Source: an uncultured Sutterella sp.
GTDB lineage: Bacteria > Pseudomonadota > Gammaproteobacteria > Burkholderiales > Burkholderiaceae_F
NCBI GenBank assembly: GCA_900552545.1
Contig: USAL01000001.1
Location: forward strand, 1,575 to 65,574
Direction of reading: 5' to 3'
Length of the DNA: 64,000 nt
Shown here: one piece after another, positions 1 to 11,203 of the stretch
Numbering within the stretch: position 1 is the stretch's first letter
Layout: each line of letters starts with the position of its first letter
Program-made: the position numbers and the translations under genes
Notes under the pieces: generated by a model
Seen by the model: only the letters and a program-made list of their open reading frames with translations
Databases searched by the model: none
What the model was told of the DNA's origin: nothing

Positions 1-185
1 ACGAAAGATGTGCGATTGGCCGCACAGCCTCGCAGGTTTTTGCATTGTATCGGACGAAGCCCCTTTGATTGAGAACCGTCAAAGGGGTACTTTGTGTCCA
101 AGTTTTTCAGCGTTTTCCCCGTCAAGGGATGGGCACGGAGGGCTCCGGCGTCAAGCGCTCTTACGGTTGGCTTTTAACGCGTCTT

Positions 186-959
186 TTAGGCCGCCGGCTT
201 GATGCCTTCGTGCAGCGCGCAGATGCCGAAGGTGAAGTCAAGCCACTTCACCTCTTCAAGACCCGCCTCGCGCATCATGCCCGCAAGCGTGGGCTGATCG
301 GGATGCATGCGGATGGACTCGGCAAGGTACCGGTAGCTCTCGCGGTCGCCAGCAATCTTGGCGCCCAGCCACGGCATGAAGACGAACGAATAGAAATCGT
401 AGAAGGGCTTCACCCAGCGGCGGCAGCGGCTGAACTCAAGCACCAGCACGCGTCCGCCCGGGCGCACCACGCGGGTCATTTCCCGCAGAGCGCGGTCCTT
501 GTGCGTCATGTTGCGAAGCCCGAAGGAGACCACCGCCGCATCGAACGTGTTGTCGGCAAAGGGCAGCGCCTCGCAGTCGCACTGCACCACGTGCGCACGA
601 GTACCGGTGGCGTGCAGGCGACGCAGGCCTTCGGAAAGCATCGTGCGGTTGATGTCGGTCGCCCAGACCTCACCCGAGCTGCCCACGATGTGTCCGAAGC
701 GGATGGCCAGATCGCACGTGCCCGAGGCGATGTCGAGCACCTTGTCGCCCGAGCGGATGCCCGCCTCCTTGACGCAGACGTGCTTCCACCAGCGGTGCAG
801 CCCGAGGCTCAGGAGATCGTTCATGAGGTCGTAGCGGCGCGCCACGGAGTCAAATACCTGACGGACGTCCTCGGCCTTTTCGTCTTCGGGCACCTGGCGG
901 TAGCCAAAACTTGTCTGCTGTCCGCCGGCGTTGAGGTCGGACTTCTTTTCTTCGCTCAT
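186..959 (-). CDS. ubiE: UbiE/MenG quinone C-methyltransferase
   Basis: TSFGY..V, VFDSVARRYDLMNDLLSLGLHRWWK, SAM motif VLDIASGTCD, FGLRNMT, YRYLAESIRMHP. Confidence 0.95.
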   Translation of the reverse strand: MSEEKKSDLNAGGQQTSFGYRQVPEDEKAEDVRQVFDSVARRYDLMNDLLSLGLHRWWKHVCVKEAGIRSGDKVLDIASGTCDLAIRFGHIVGSSGEVWATDINRTMLSEGLRRLHATGTRAHVVQCDCEALPFADNTFDAAVVSFGLRNMTHKDRALREMTRVVRPGGRVLVLEFSRCRRWVKPFYDFYSFVFMPWLGAKIAGDRESYRYLAESIRMHPDQPTLAGMMREAGLEEVKWLDFTFGICALHEGIKPAA

Positions 960-1031
960 AAAGGGCTCTGATGATTGTCGGTTGGTGCGGCGGCTGCAGC
1001 AACAGGAATAGGCACGCAGCCCGCGCGGCTC

Positions 1032-1448
1032 TTAGTGCTGGTGCGAGGGGCAGGTTACCTTGGGCTTGTCGGCAAAGCGCGTATTGGCCGGATCGTTGGG
1101 GTCGCGGCTTGCGCCGTTGCGCTTGAGGTCTTCGAGATAGGCTTCCCAAAGGCCTTCCTGCTGCTTGCCGAGCTCAGCGAGGTACTCCCAGCTGTAGATG
1201 CCCGAGTCGTGGCCGTCGGAGAAGACGAAGCGCAGCGCGTAGGAGCCCACGGGCTCGGCGGCGACGATGGTGACGTCACGCTTGCCGACCTGAAGCTTGG
1301 CTTCGTCGGGCGTATGGCCCTGAACGTCGGCCGAGGGCGAGAACACGCGCAGGAATTCAAAGGTAAACGAGTAGCTGCTGCCGTCTTCGTACGCGATGTC
1401 GAAGCGACGGCTCTTGTTGTGCAGGCTCATGTCCACGGGAGTCAGCAT
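1032..1448 (-). CDS. DUF971 / gamma-butyrobetaine hydroxylase N-terminal-like protein
   Basis: EFLRVFSPSADVQGH and PVGSYALRFVFSDGHDSGIYSWEYL motifs; start trimmed to ATG at 1448 (MLTPV). Confidence 0.85.
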   Translation of the reverse strand: MLTPVDMSLHNKSRRFDIAYEDGSSYSFTFEFLRVFSPSADVQGHTPDEAKLQVGKRDVTIVAAEPVGSYALRFVFSDGHDSGIYSWEYLAELGKQQEGLWEAYLEDLKRNGASRDPNDPANTRFADKPKVTCPSHQH

Positions 1449-1633
1449 GATGAAATCATCCTTGAGACGGTGTTGCTTGGGGACGGTGCTCACTCCCCGC
1501 GCAAAGGCTCTTTGCGAGGAAAGGGAATGATCCGCAAAAATTTCCGGCGCGAGGCCGGACATGAAACGAAAAAGCCCTGAATCCCGAAGGAATCAAGGCC
1601 TGAGCCGGGTGCGGCTTCTCTCTCGCACGGTCA

Positions 1634-1709
1634 TGGTGCCGCCGGCGGGACTCGAACCCACATCACAGCCTTCGGAGGGCCATATTCTATCCAGTTGAAC
1701 TACGGCGAC
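1634..1709 (-). tRNA. tRNA-Arg (anticodon CCG)
   Basis: Reverse complement folds as a cloverleaf: GTCGCCG acceptor, D-loop AACTGGATA, anticodon loop CT-CCG-AA, GGTTCGAGTCC T-arm, encoded CCA; 76 nt. Confidence 0.95.
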
Positions 1710-1750
1710 AGAGCATGTTCAAGGGGAGCCATTATACAGGAAGGCCCGCT

Positions 1751-3760
1751 TTAGACATCCTGCGGGTCGACCTCGATGGACCAGGAGACATCCGGGAACT
1801 CCTTGATGGCCTTGAGCGCCTCGGCAAACTGATGCAGAAACGCCTGCCGCGCCGGGCGCTTCAGGGATTCAATCAGAAGCTGCCCGCGCTCGGCGTCCTT
1901 GAGCCGCATGACCACCATCGGCACCGGGTCGTAGACCGCGATGTCGGGGGAGTCGAGCTCCTCGGCGCATTTTTTTGCCAACCGCAGGAACCCGAGCGTG
2001 CGCTCAAGCGCATCGGACTGCGCGGTCAGAAGCGCCTGAAAGCTGTAGGGCGGCGCATAGGCTTCGCGCCGGGCGGACAAAAGGCGCGCGGCAAAGTGCT
2101 CGTAGTCCTGCGCGCGCACGTCGGCGTAGATCGGATGCGTGGGAAAGCGAGTCTGGATCATGACGCGGCCTGCAAGCTTGTCGCGGCCCGCGCGCCCTGC
2201 AACCTGCAGGAGCGTCGCAAAGAGGTGCTCCTCGGCGCGAACGCTGGGGCTTACAAGCTGCGCGTCGGCATTGAGCACCACCACGAGGCTCACCCGCTTG
2301 AAGTCGTGCCCCTTGGCGATCATCTGCGTGCCCACGATGATGTCGACTTCGCCCGCATGCACGCTCTCAAAGGCCGCCTCGGCGGCGTTTTTCGTGCGCA
2401 CGCTGTCGCGGTCGATGCGAAGCACCCGTGCCTGAGGCCAGAGCGTCTCGATGCCCTCCTCGATGCGCTGCGTGCCCGTGCCGATGGCGATGATCTCGGG
2501 ATTGCCGCAGCTCGGGCAGCGCTCGGGCACGGGGTACGAGGCACCGCAGTGGTGGCACACGAGGGCGTGGCCCGCCTTGTGAAACACCGTAAAGCCCGTG
2601 CAGTGAATGCAGCGGCTCACCCAGCCGCAGCTCGTGCAGGTGATCACGGGCGCGTAGCCACGGCGGTTGATGAAAACGAGAACCTGCTCGCCGCGCGAGA
2701 GCGTCTCGTCGATCGCCTCCTTGATTTCGGGCGCAAACACGCGCGGCTTTCGCTGGCTGACGTCGATGAGCTGCATTGAAGGAAGCGAAGCCGTGCGCAC
2801 CGCGCGGTGCGTAAGCCGCAGCAGCCGATAGACGCCCGCCTGGGCCCTTGCCCAGGTTTCAAGCGAGGGCGTCGCCGACCCCAGCACGCAGGCGATGTTG
2901 TTGTCGTGCGCACGCTTCACGGCAAGGTCGCGCGCGGAAAACCGCAGTCCCTCGCCCGCCTTGTAGCTTTGGTCGTGCTCCTCGTCAACGAGCACTAGCT
3001 TCAAATCGGCAAAGCTCGTAAAGATCGCCATGCGCGTGCCCACGAGCACGCGCGCACGGCCCTCGTGGACGGCGAGCCAGCTCTTGGCGCGCTCGTTGGG
3101 CGTCAGGTTGGAGTGCATCGTCACCACGAGCTCGTCGACAAAGCGCCCGCGCACACGCGCTTCAAGCTGCGGGGTGAGGTTGATTTCGGGCACCAAGAGG
3201 AGCACCTGCCCCGTGGGGTGCTTTTTCAAGGTCTCTTCAATCAGGTGAAGATAGACCTCGGTCTTCCCCGAGCCCGTGACGCCAAAGAGCACGTAGGTGG
3301 CGTAGCCCTCGCGGCTCACCACTGCCTCGACGGCCGCGCGCTGCTCAGCGTTGAGCTCCACCCGCGGCGTGGGCTCGGTTTTCTTGACGTGCATCGCACG
3401 AAAGCTCTCAAGGCTTTTCTGAAACTTCGCCCCGGGCACCTTGCGGAAGAAAAGCGGCAGCGCCGCCACGGCGGTCTCGCCCCAGTTCTTGATGTAGTAG
3501 TCGGCCGCAAAGCGCGTAAAGGAAAGCCATTCGCCGCGAAGCGCCGGCACGTCGTGCAGGACGCTGATGACGGGCTTCATGCGGCTTTCCTCAATCTCGG
3601 TCGAGTCCTTCACCCGCACGACGATCCCGACGTCCTTGCGCTTGGGTCCCAGGGGCACCACAACGCGCTCACCCGGCTCGGCCGTCTCGCCTTCGGGCAG
3701 GATGTAGTCAAGCGCAGGAAGCGGTGCGTCAAGCAGGACTTCAAGAAAGCGGACGGTCAT
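1751..3760 (-). CDS. priA: Primosomal protein N' (PriA helicase)
   Basis: GVTGSGKTEVY, LVPEINLTPQ, DEEHD, CxxC zinc pairs, GTQMIAKGHDF, QVAGRAGR; start at ATG 3760 (MTVRF). Confidence 0.95.
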   Translation of the reverse strand: MTVRFLEVLLDAPLPALDYILPEGETAEPGERVVVPLGPKRKDVGIVVRVKDSTEIEESRMKPVISVLHDVPALRGEWLSFTRFAADYYIKNWGETAVAALPLFFRKVPGAKFQKSLESFRAMHVKKTEPTPRVELNAEQRAAVEAVVSREGYATYVLFGVTGSGKTEVYLHLIEETLKKHPTGQVLLLVPEINLTPQLEARVRGRFVDELVVTMHSNLTPNERAKSWLAVHEGRARVLVGTRMAIFTSFADLKLVLVDEEHDQSYKAGEGLRFSARDLAVKRAHDNNIACVLGSATPSLETWARAQAGVYRLLRLTHRAVRTASLPSMQLIDVSQRKPRVFAPEIKEAIDETLSRGEQVLVFINRRGYAPVITCTSCGWVSRCIHCTGFTVFHKAGHALVCHHCGASYPVPERCPSCGNPEIIAIGTGTQRIEEGIETLWPQARVLRIDRDSVRTKNAAEAAFESVHAGEVDIIVGTQMIAKGHDFKRVSLVVVLNADAQLVSPSVRAEEHLFATLLQVAGRAGRDKLAGRVMIQTRFPTHPIYADVRAQDYEHFAARLLSARREAYAPPYSFQALLTAQSDALERTLGFLRLAKKCAEELDSPDIAVYDPVPMVVMRLKDAERGQLLIESLKRPARQAFLHQFAEALKAIKEFPDVSWSIEVDPQDV

Positions 3761-3921
3761 GAAGAAAAAACGGGGGTGCGGGAAAAACGAAACGTGCGGG
3801 CTTTTTGCCGAAGGTGCCCTATCGTACAGCAAAACCCGCTGCGGCTAGGGGGGCGGCGACGGTCCCCTCAGAGTCCCTCAGCGCCTTCTCTCGGGGGCGT
3901 TCCGAAGCCCCGTCAACGACG

Positions 3922-4209
3922 TTCTCCACAGCGCTCGGGCATTGTTTTTCAAGCCTTTTGACAACTCTTCCACAGTCTCTTCACAAGTTCCGCTCAGAGG
4001 TGTGGATAACTTTGCGGATAACTTATCGGCGTCCTTTTTTCAAGGCCTTTCTCAACATCGCGGCCTGCCACTTGATTTTTTCATTGAAATCCGTAAAAGC
4101 CCTTTGAAATCAACGATATTTCATTTTTCAAGCCGAAATGCAGGGGCTTGAAATCCCGTCTTTTACTCGGAATTGGCCTCCTGCGCGCTGTGGATAACTT
4201 TGAGGATAA
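3922..4209. promoter_or_regulatory. DnaA-box cluster upstream of priA
   Basis: Perfect TGTGGATAA at 4001-4009 and 4189-4197, each followed 3 bp later by a 1-mismatch box (4013-4021, 4201-4209); also TTCTCCACA 3922-3930 and TCTTCCACA 3966-3974. Confidence 0.75.
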
Positions 4210-4484
4210 CCGGGGGACCGAGGCCGCAGGCGGTTTTGTCCATTCTTTCAAGCCCAGCGGCGCGCTCCGGAAGGCCGCGGCGGCCGTTGAATGTCCCCTT
4301 CAGACAACCTTCATCTTTCCTGCGCTTGCGCAAGGTACGTACGTATCGATCGGACCGAAGATGCCTGCCAGTGATAAACGGAGTTCTGAAGCCTGGATCG
4401 GGGACGGCCTTGCATGTCTCCCCTTGCATCCGGTTGCATAAGCTGCGGGACTCCGCTCCCCTTACTCATCAAGGAGTCCTGAAG

Positions 4485-6074
4485 ATGACCAACATCTCCA
4501 AACGCAATTTCCTCAAGGGTGCGGCTGTTGCCGCCACGCTGCCGGTCGTGGGCGCCGCCCATGCCAAGAAGGCCGATATTCCCGCCAAGTGGGATATCGA
4601 GACCGACGTCGCCATCATCGGCTACGGCGGTGCCGGTGCGTCGTCTGCCATTACGGCTTTCGATGCCGGCGCCAAGGTCATGATCTTTGAGAAGCTCCCT
4701 GAAGGCGGCGGCAACACGGCCGTATCTTCCGGCGGCATGATGATCCCCAACAATGAGGAACGTGCCTACACCTATCTCGAGAAGACCTACTCGTTTGCCA
4801 ACAGCGAAATCGACCGCAAGCAGCTGCGCACCTTCGTCAAGGAAGCGATGAAGTCCAAGGAATTCCTGCTCTCGCTCGCTCCCGATCAGAAGATCTACAT
4901 CTACGGCTACGCAGGCTTCACCAACATCCCCGAGCAGGACGCCATCGAGAAGTGGCGCTTCCGCACCCCGAAGGGACTGAAGCTGCGCGGCGGCGACATG
5001 CTCTTCAAGAACTCCCGCTACGCCGTTGAAACCACCCGCAAGATCCCGGTGGTCTACAACGCCCGCGCCCTTGAGCTCATCCGCGAAAACGACGAAGTCC
5101 TCGGCGTCTGGGTTGAGATCGAAGGCAAGAAGAAGGCCGTCAAGGCCCGCCGCGGCGTCGTGCTCTGCACCGGCGGCTACGAATACGACGACGAGCTGCT
5201 GCAGAACCACACGATGGGCCAGATGTTCCATCGCCTCGGCTGCCCGGGCAACACGGGCGACGGCGTGCGCATGGCGCAGGCCGCCGGTGCCGGCCTCTGG
5301 CACATGAACGCGCTCTCCTGCCCGCTCGGCCTCGAAGTTCCCGGCGTGAAGGCTGCTCTGCAGATCAACATGCTGTCGGCTAGCTACTTCTACGTCGACC
5401 AGGACGGCAAGCGCTTCTGCAATGAAAAGATGGACAACCACACCTGCATCTATGCGGTGAACTACCTCGACGCCATCAAGCATCGCTATCCGCGCATCCC
5501 CTGCTTCGTCGTCTTCGATGAGAAGGCCCGCAAGCGCGGCCCGATCGTCGGCGGCGCCACCTCCGGCTGGGCCATCAACCGCGAGCACTATCAGTGGAGC
5601 CGCGACAACAGCGCCGAAATCGAAAAAGGCGTGATCGTCTCCGCTCCCACGATCAAGGCTCTGGCCGAGAAGATCGGCGTGCCGGCTGAAAACCTTGAAC
5701 AGACCTTCCGCACCTGGAATGAGAACATCAAGGCCGGCGCCGACAAGGAATTCGGCCGTCCGCTGAAGAAGAAGGGCAAGATCGCCTTCGAAGGCCGTGA
5801 AGCTCCGGTGATCAGCGAGCCGTTCGACGAGAAGGGCCCGTACTACGCCGCCAAGCTCTTCCCGACGCTGCTCAACACCCAGGGTGGTCCGCGCCGCAAC
5901 GAGAAGGGTCAGGTTCTCAACGCTCTCGGCAAGCCGATTCCGCGCCTCTACAGCGCGGGCGAGCTGGGCTCGATGTGGGGCCACATCTACCAGGGCGCCA
6001 CGAACAACTCGGAAGCCTGCGTGTTCGGCCGCATCGCCGGCCGCACGGTGGCTGCCGAAAAGCCCTGGGGCTAG
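4485..6074 (+). CDS. Tat-exported FAD-dependent oxidoreductase, flavocytochrome c flavin subunit (FAD_binding_2 family)
   Basis: AAGGAG RBS; signal SKRNFLKGAAV...AHA; WDIETDVAIIGYGGAG, GGNTAVSSG, GNTGDGVRMAQAAGA, GKRFCNE, IPRLYSAGE. Confidence 0.9.
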   Translation: MTNISKRNFLKGAAVAATLPVVGAAHAKKADIPAKWDIETDVAIIGYGGAGASSAITAFDAGAKVMIFEKLPEGGGNTAVSSGGMMIPNNEERAYTYLEKTYSFANSEIDRKQLRTFVKEAMKSKEFLLSLAPDQKIYIYGYAGFTNIPEQDAIEKWRFRTPKGLKLRGGDMLFKNSRYAVETTRKIPVVYNARALELIRENDEVLGVWVEIEGKKKAVKARRGVVLCTGGYEYDDELLQNHTMGQMFHRLGCPGNTGDGVRMAQAAGAGLWHMNALSCPLGLEVPGVKAALQINMLSASYFYVDQDGKRFCNEKMDNHTCIYAVNYLDAIKHRYPRIPCFVVFDEKARKRGPIVGGATSGWAINREHYQWSRDNSAEIEKGVIVSAPTIKALAEKIGVPAENLEQTFRTWNENIKAGADKEFGRPLKKKGKIAFEGREAPVISEPFDEKGPYYAAKLFPTLLNTQGGPRRNEKGQVLNALGKPIPRLYSAGELGSMWGHIYQGATNNSEACVFGRIAGRTVAAEKPWG

Positions 6075-6202
6075 TCGTTGAAAGCTGCTTGGGGTGCACG
6101 CACGTACACCCCACCCTTTGAACCTCTACCCGTTCAAAAAAGGGATGGTCTTCGGGACCCGCTTCCGAAGACCTCCCTTCTATCCTTCAGCAGAGAAACA
6201 CC

Positions 6203-6550
6203 ATGAACAAACTTACCTTGAAGCTCGTGCTCGCCGCCGTTCTCGGCTCCGTGGCCTGCGCCTCGATGGCTGCCGACGCGTTTCTCGCCGACCGCCACGT
6301 CGGTCGCGGTTTGAAGTGCGAGTCCTGCCACAATCCCATGCCTCCCAAGGCTCAGGGCGTCACCAAGCAGTGTCTGGCCTGCCACGGCGGTTCCTACGCC
6401 AAGCTCGCCGAGAAGACGGCCGACGCCGACATAAACCCGCATGACACGCATCTGGGCGAAATCGAGTGCTCGGACTGCCACCAGGGTCACAAGCCGCCGC
6501 GTCTCGTGTGCGATCAGTGCCACGAATTCCGCGACATGAAGGTGCCCTAA
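6203..6550 (+). CDS. Periplasmic tetraheme cytochrome c (flavocytochrome c heme subunit)
   Basis: Sec signal; four CxxCH motifs (CESCH, CLACH, CSDCH, CDQCH); LADRH and NPHDTH motifs. Confidence 0.92.
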   Translation: MNKLTLKLVLAAVLGSVACASMAADAFLADRHVGRGLKCESCHNPMPPKAQGVTKQCLACHGGSYAKLAEKTADADINPHDTHLGEIECSDCHQGHKPPRLVCDQCHEFRDMKVP

Positions 6551-6835
6551 ACAACGCACCTTGAGCATTCCGGAAAATGGGTCCCGGCATGCTCACCCCG
6601 TGTTCGCCTGTTCGTCCTTTCTCGCGATCACGAAAAAAAGACATCTCCTTGATCTGTGTTCGGCGTCTTGTCGGAGCGCCGGTCCCGGAAAATTTATCCT
6701 CCTCCAACTGCTTTGAAGAAAAGAGGCGCTCAATCCAGAAAGCGAGCGCCCGACTTCTGAAAAAAAGCAGAACCTTCTCTCCTCTGGTGCACGGGCCTTG
6801 CCCCCTACGGGCAAAAGCCTTCGTGCGGCAACCTG

Positions 6836-6874
6836 CAAAACGCCCGCATCGGGATTCCCGGTGCGGGCGTTTTG
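6836..6874. terminator. Bidirectional intrinsic terminator between convergent cytochrome and hemE
   Basis: CAAAACGCCCGCATCGG...CCGGTGCGGGCGTTTTG inverted repeat with A/T tails. Confidence 0.7.
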
Positions 6875-6924
6875 TCGTGGTGCCGCAAGCGTTTCTCAAG
6901 CACTTCCTCGGAAGTCCTTCATCC

Positions 6925-7012
6925 TGTGGAGAATTCTGTGGGAAACTGTGTGCAAAAGCACTGGAAAACCTGCGGAAAGCCTGAGGGAAACTTGCGGAAA
7001 ACCCGGGGAAAA
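6925..7012. repeat. Array of eight co-oriented degenerate DnaA-box-like 9-mers, 11-12 bp period
   Basis: TGTGGAGAA 6925, TGTGGGAAA 6937, TGTGCAAAA 6949, ACTGGAAAA 6960, TGCGGAAAG 6971, TGAGGGAAA 6982, TGCGGAAAA 6993, CGGGGAAAA 7004. Confidence 0.7.
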
Positions 7013-7056
7013 CTCAAATTGTCCTTTCGAGTTTTCCCTTTGAAATCACCGCTTTG

Positions 7057-8124
7057 TTACTGATGGCGGCAAGGCGAATACTTGTGCACTTCGTCCACCA
7101 GCACGGCGACGGCCTCGGGATCGGTAAACTGGCTGATGCCGTGGCCGAGGTTGAAGACGTGGCCGCCGTTGCCGACCGTGCCGAACGAGTCGATCACGCG
7201 GCGCACCTCGCGGCGGATCGCCTCTTCGCCCGCAAAGAGCACCATCGGGTCGAGGTTGCCCTGCAGGCTCACCTTGTCGCCCGTGCGGGCGCGGGCCTTC
7301 GTGAGGTTCACCGTCCAGTCGACGCCCACGCAGTCGCAGCCGCATTTGCTCATGGCTTCAAGCCAGGCGCCGCCGCCCTTGGTAAAGACGATCACGGGCA
7401 CGCGCTCGCCGTCGTTTTCGCGGATGAGGCCCTCGATGATGCGCTGCATGTACTTGAGCGAGAACTCTTCAAAGCAGCCGTCGGCAAGCGCTCCGCCCCA
7501 GGTGTCGAAGATCTGAAGCGCCTGGGCGCCGGCGCGCACCTGGGCGGTGAGATACTCGGTCACGGCGCGGGCGTTGACGTCGAGAATGCGGTGCAGCAGG
7601 TCCGGACGCGCATACATCATCTTCTTGATGGTGCTGAAGTCCTTGGAACTGCCGCCTTCGACCATGTAGCAGGCAAGCGTAAAGGGCGAGCCCGAAAAGC
7701 CGATCAGGGGGACGCGGTTGTTGAGCTCGCGGCGGATCGTGCGCACGGCGTCGGTGACGTAGCGCAGCTTCTCCTCGGGATCAGGCACGTAGAGGGCGTT
7801 GACGGCCTCCTCGGTCTGCACGGGATGCGCAAACACCGGGCCCTTACCGGAGACGAACGACAGCCCGAGCCCCATCGCGTCGGGCACGGTGAGAATGTCC
7901 GAAAAGAGAATGGCCGCGTCGATCCCGAAGCGATCAACGGGCTGCAACGTCACCTCGCAGGCCGCATCCGGGTCCTGGGCGAGCGCCATGAAGCTGCCGA
8001 GCCGCGTGCGGACGGCGTTGTATTCGGGCAGATAGCGCCCCGCCTGGCGCATCAGCCACACAGGGGTATATTCGGTATGTTCGCGCTTGAGCGCACGCAG
8101 AAACGTATCATTGACGGGCTTCAT
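7057..8124 (-). CDS. hemE: Uroporphyrinogen decarboxylase
   Basis: [39 protein letters not shown]; start MKPVND at 8124. Confidence 0.96.
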   Translation of the reverse strand: MKPVNDTFLRALKREHTEYTPVWLMRQAGRYLPEYNAVRTRLGSFMALAQDPDAACEVTLQPVDRFGIDAAILFSDILTVPDAMGLGLSFVSGKGPVFAHPVQTEEAVNALYVPDPEEKLRYVTDAVRTIRRELNNRVPLIGFSGSPFTLACYMVEGGSSKDFSTIKKMMYARPDLLHRILDVNARAVTEYLTAQVRAGAQALQIFDTWGGALADGCFEEFSLKYMQRIIEGLIRENDGERVPVIVFTKGGGAWLEAMSKCGCDCVGVDWTVNLTKARARTGDKVSLQGNLDPMVLFAGEEAIRREVRRVIDSFGTVGNGGHVFNLGHGISQFTDPEAVAVLVDEVHKYSPCRHQ

Positions 8125-8485
8125 GGGTAAAACGAAAAAGAAATTGGGAGTTGATGCCGGGCACAATTGTGACACGGCAGCGCCTTGCTCAGGCTTAAGC
8201 TGGTGCAGCGCAACGGCCGACGGCGTCATCGTCGCCGTTCACGCCCAGCCGGGGGCCCGGCGCGACACCGTGGTGGGCCTCTACGACGGGCGCTTGAAGA
8301 TCGCGCTCTCGGCGCCGCCCGTGGACGGCCGCGCCAACGCGGCGCTCGCGCAGTTTCTCGCCCGCAGCACGGGCGTGGCGAAATCAGCCGTTGAGCTCGT
8401 CTCCGGCCAGACCTCTCGCGCCAAGCGCTTTCTCATCCGGGGCGTGACGCTTGAGGCCGTCATCGCGGCTCTGGAGCCGCAATAA
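8123..8485 (+). CDS. YggU/DUF167 family protein (start uncertain)
   Basis: [39 protein letters not shown]. Confidence 0.8.
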   Translation: MGKTKKKLGVDAGHNCDTAAPCSGLSWCSATADGVIVAVHAQPGARRDTVVGLYDGRLKIALSAPPVDGRANAALAQFLARSTGVAKSAVELVSGQTSRAKRFLIRGVTLEAVIAALEPQ

Positions 8486-8563
8486 AGTACGTCCCCGGCA
8501 GGAACATACCCGACCGGGGACGAAGACCTCAACCTTTAGAAGAAAACCACAGGAGGCTTTCCT

Positions 8564-8983
8564 TTAGCGGATCACCAACACCGGGCGATCGGCCGCAGCA
8601 AGCACCTTCTGGGTTTCGGAGCCGAGAATGAGGCTCCCGAGCGAGCCAAGGCCGCGGCTTGCCATCACGATGAAGCGCGCGTCATAGCGCTTGGCGACGG
8701 CGAGAATGCCCTGCCAGGGCGCCTGGCAGTGCTCAGCCACGAGCGCGTACTTGATGCCGGCGGCTTCGGCCGCATCGCGGATGTACTTCAGACGCTCCTG
8801 CGTCTTGGGATCTTCCTTCTCAAGGCCGCCCGCAACCGGAGCACCGGGAACGCCCGTCATGCCCAGAAGCGGCAGATTCAGACTCTGAGCGAGTTCAACC
8901 GCCGTATCCACACCCTTTTCCGACAGCTGGCTGCCGTCCGTGCAGACTTGAATCACATCGGTCAACTGATTAACGCCGTCCAT
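8564..8983 (-). CDS. Universal stress protein
   Basis: VCTDGSQLS; IVMASRGLG...LILGSETQKVL...PVLVIR. Confidence 0.9.
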   Translation of the reverse strand: MDGVNQLTDVIQVCTDGSQLSEKGVDTAVELAQSLNLPLLGMTGVPGAPVAGGLEKEDPKTQERLKYIRDAAEAAGIKYALVAEHCQAPWQGILAVAKRYDARFIVMASRGLGSLGSLILGSETQKVLAAADRPVLVIR

Positions 8984-9171
8984 GGCACGCTCCTTCAGCT
9001 ATTTGTTTTTGCTTGTTGGTTTCGCGGCGGCCATCGACGGAAAAGCTCCGGCGGCGCACCGCACGAATTATTTGATTGGTAGTCGTGATGCTAGCGCATG
9101 GCTGGCGCCGACGCCAAAACCCGAAGGCGCGCCGCAAGACCGACACATCAAAGAATACTGGGAAAGACAAT

Positions 9172-9242
9172 AAAAAAACGACGCACCGCAGATCTCACGT
9201 CCACCCTCAGACTGAAGGTGGCGTCTTCTGCGAGCGTCGTTT
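9172..9242 (-). terminator. Long hairpin terminator downstream of atp operon
   Basis: AAACGACGC..CGCAGA..CCACC / GGTGG..TCTGCG..GCGTCGTTT nested inverted repeat followed by T-run on minus strand. Confidence 0.6.
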
Positions 9243-9275
9243 CCAGACACTGAATGCGTCGTTTGAACGACGGGA

Positions 9276-9686
9276 TCAGTGACGCATACGGCGAATGTAG
9301 GCAAGCTGTGCGGCCAGAGCAGCCATCGTCGCCTCGAGCTTGGCGATTTCGCGGTTGTTCTGCGCACGTGCACGGCTCTGCTTGGCCTCTTCGAGCGCCT
9401 GCTTGGCCTTGGCTTCGTCGAGATCCTTGCTACGGATTGCCGTATCGGCAAGAACCGTCACGCGATCAGGCTGAACCTCAAGAATACCGCCGGCCACGAA
9501 GACGTTCTCCTCCTTGCCGTCGGGCGTCTTGATGCGCACGGCACCAGGACGGATGCGGGTGATCAGAGGCACATGGCCGGGCAGAATGCCGAGTTCACCT
9601 TCCTGACCGGGAAGCGCGACGAAGGCCGCGTCACCCGAGAAGATGGCCTCTTCTGCGCTGACGACGTCAACAATAATCTTAGCCAT
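9276..9686 (-). CDS. atpC: ATP synthase F1 epsilon
   Basis: [28 protein letters not shown]; last gene of atp operon. Confidence 0.95.
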   Translation of the reverse strand: MAKIIVDVVSAEEAIFSGDAAFVALPGQEGELGILPGHVPLITRIRPGAVRIKTPDGKEENVFVAGGILEVQPDRVTVLADTAIRSKDLDEAKAKQALEEAKQSRARAQNNREIAKLEATMAALAAQLAYIRRMRH

Positions 9687-9774
9687 AAGTTGCTCCATTA
9701 AATCGGTACGTCACCATCTTGCTGCGCGGGCTTCGGCCGAGGCCGAAGCTCACGCGGACAAAGACAAGCGCGGA

Positions 9775-11193
<1,419 letters not shown>

Positions 11194-11203
11194 TCAAATC
11201 CAT

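Noticed and set aside
1570..1750. tRNA-Arg as an integration site
   Set aside because: No integrase and no duplicated tRNA 3' end seen in the window
4399..4415. Sigma-54-like GG-N10-GC upstream of the flavoprotein
   Set aside because: The -24 element (CGGGGA) departs from TGGCAC; weak match
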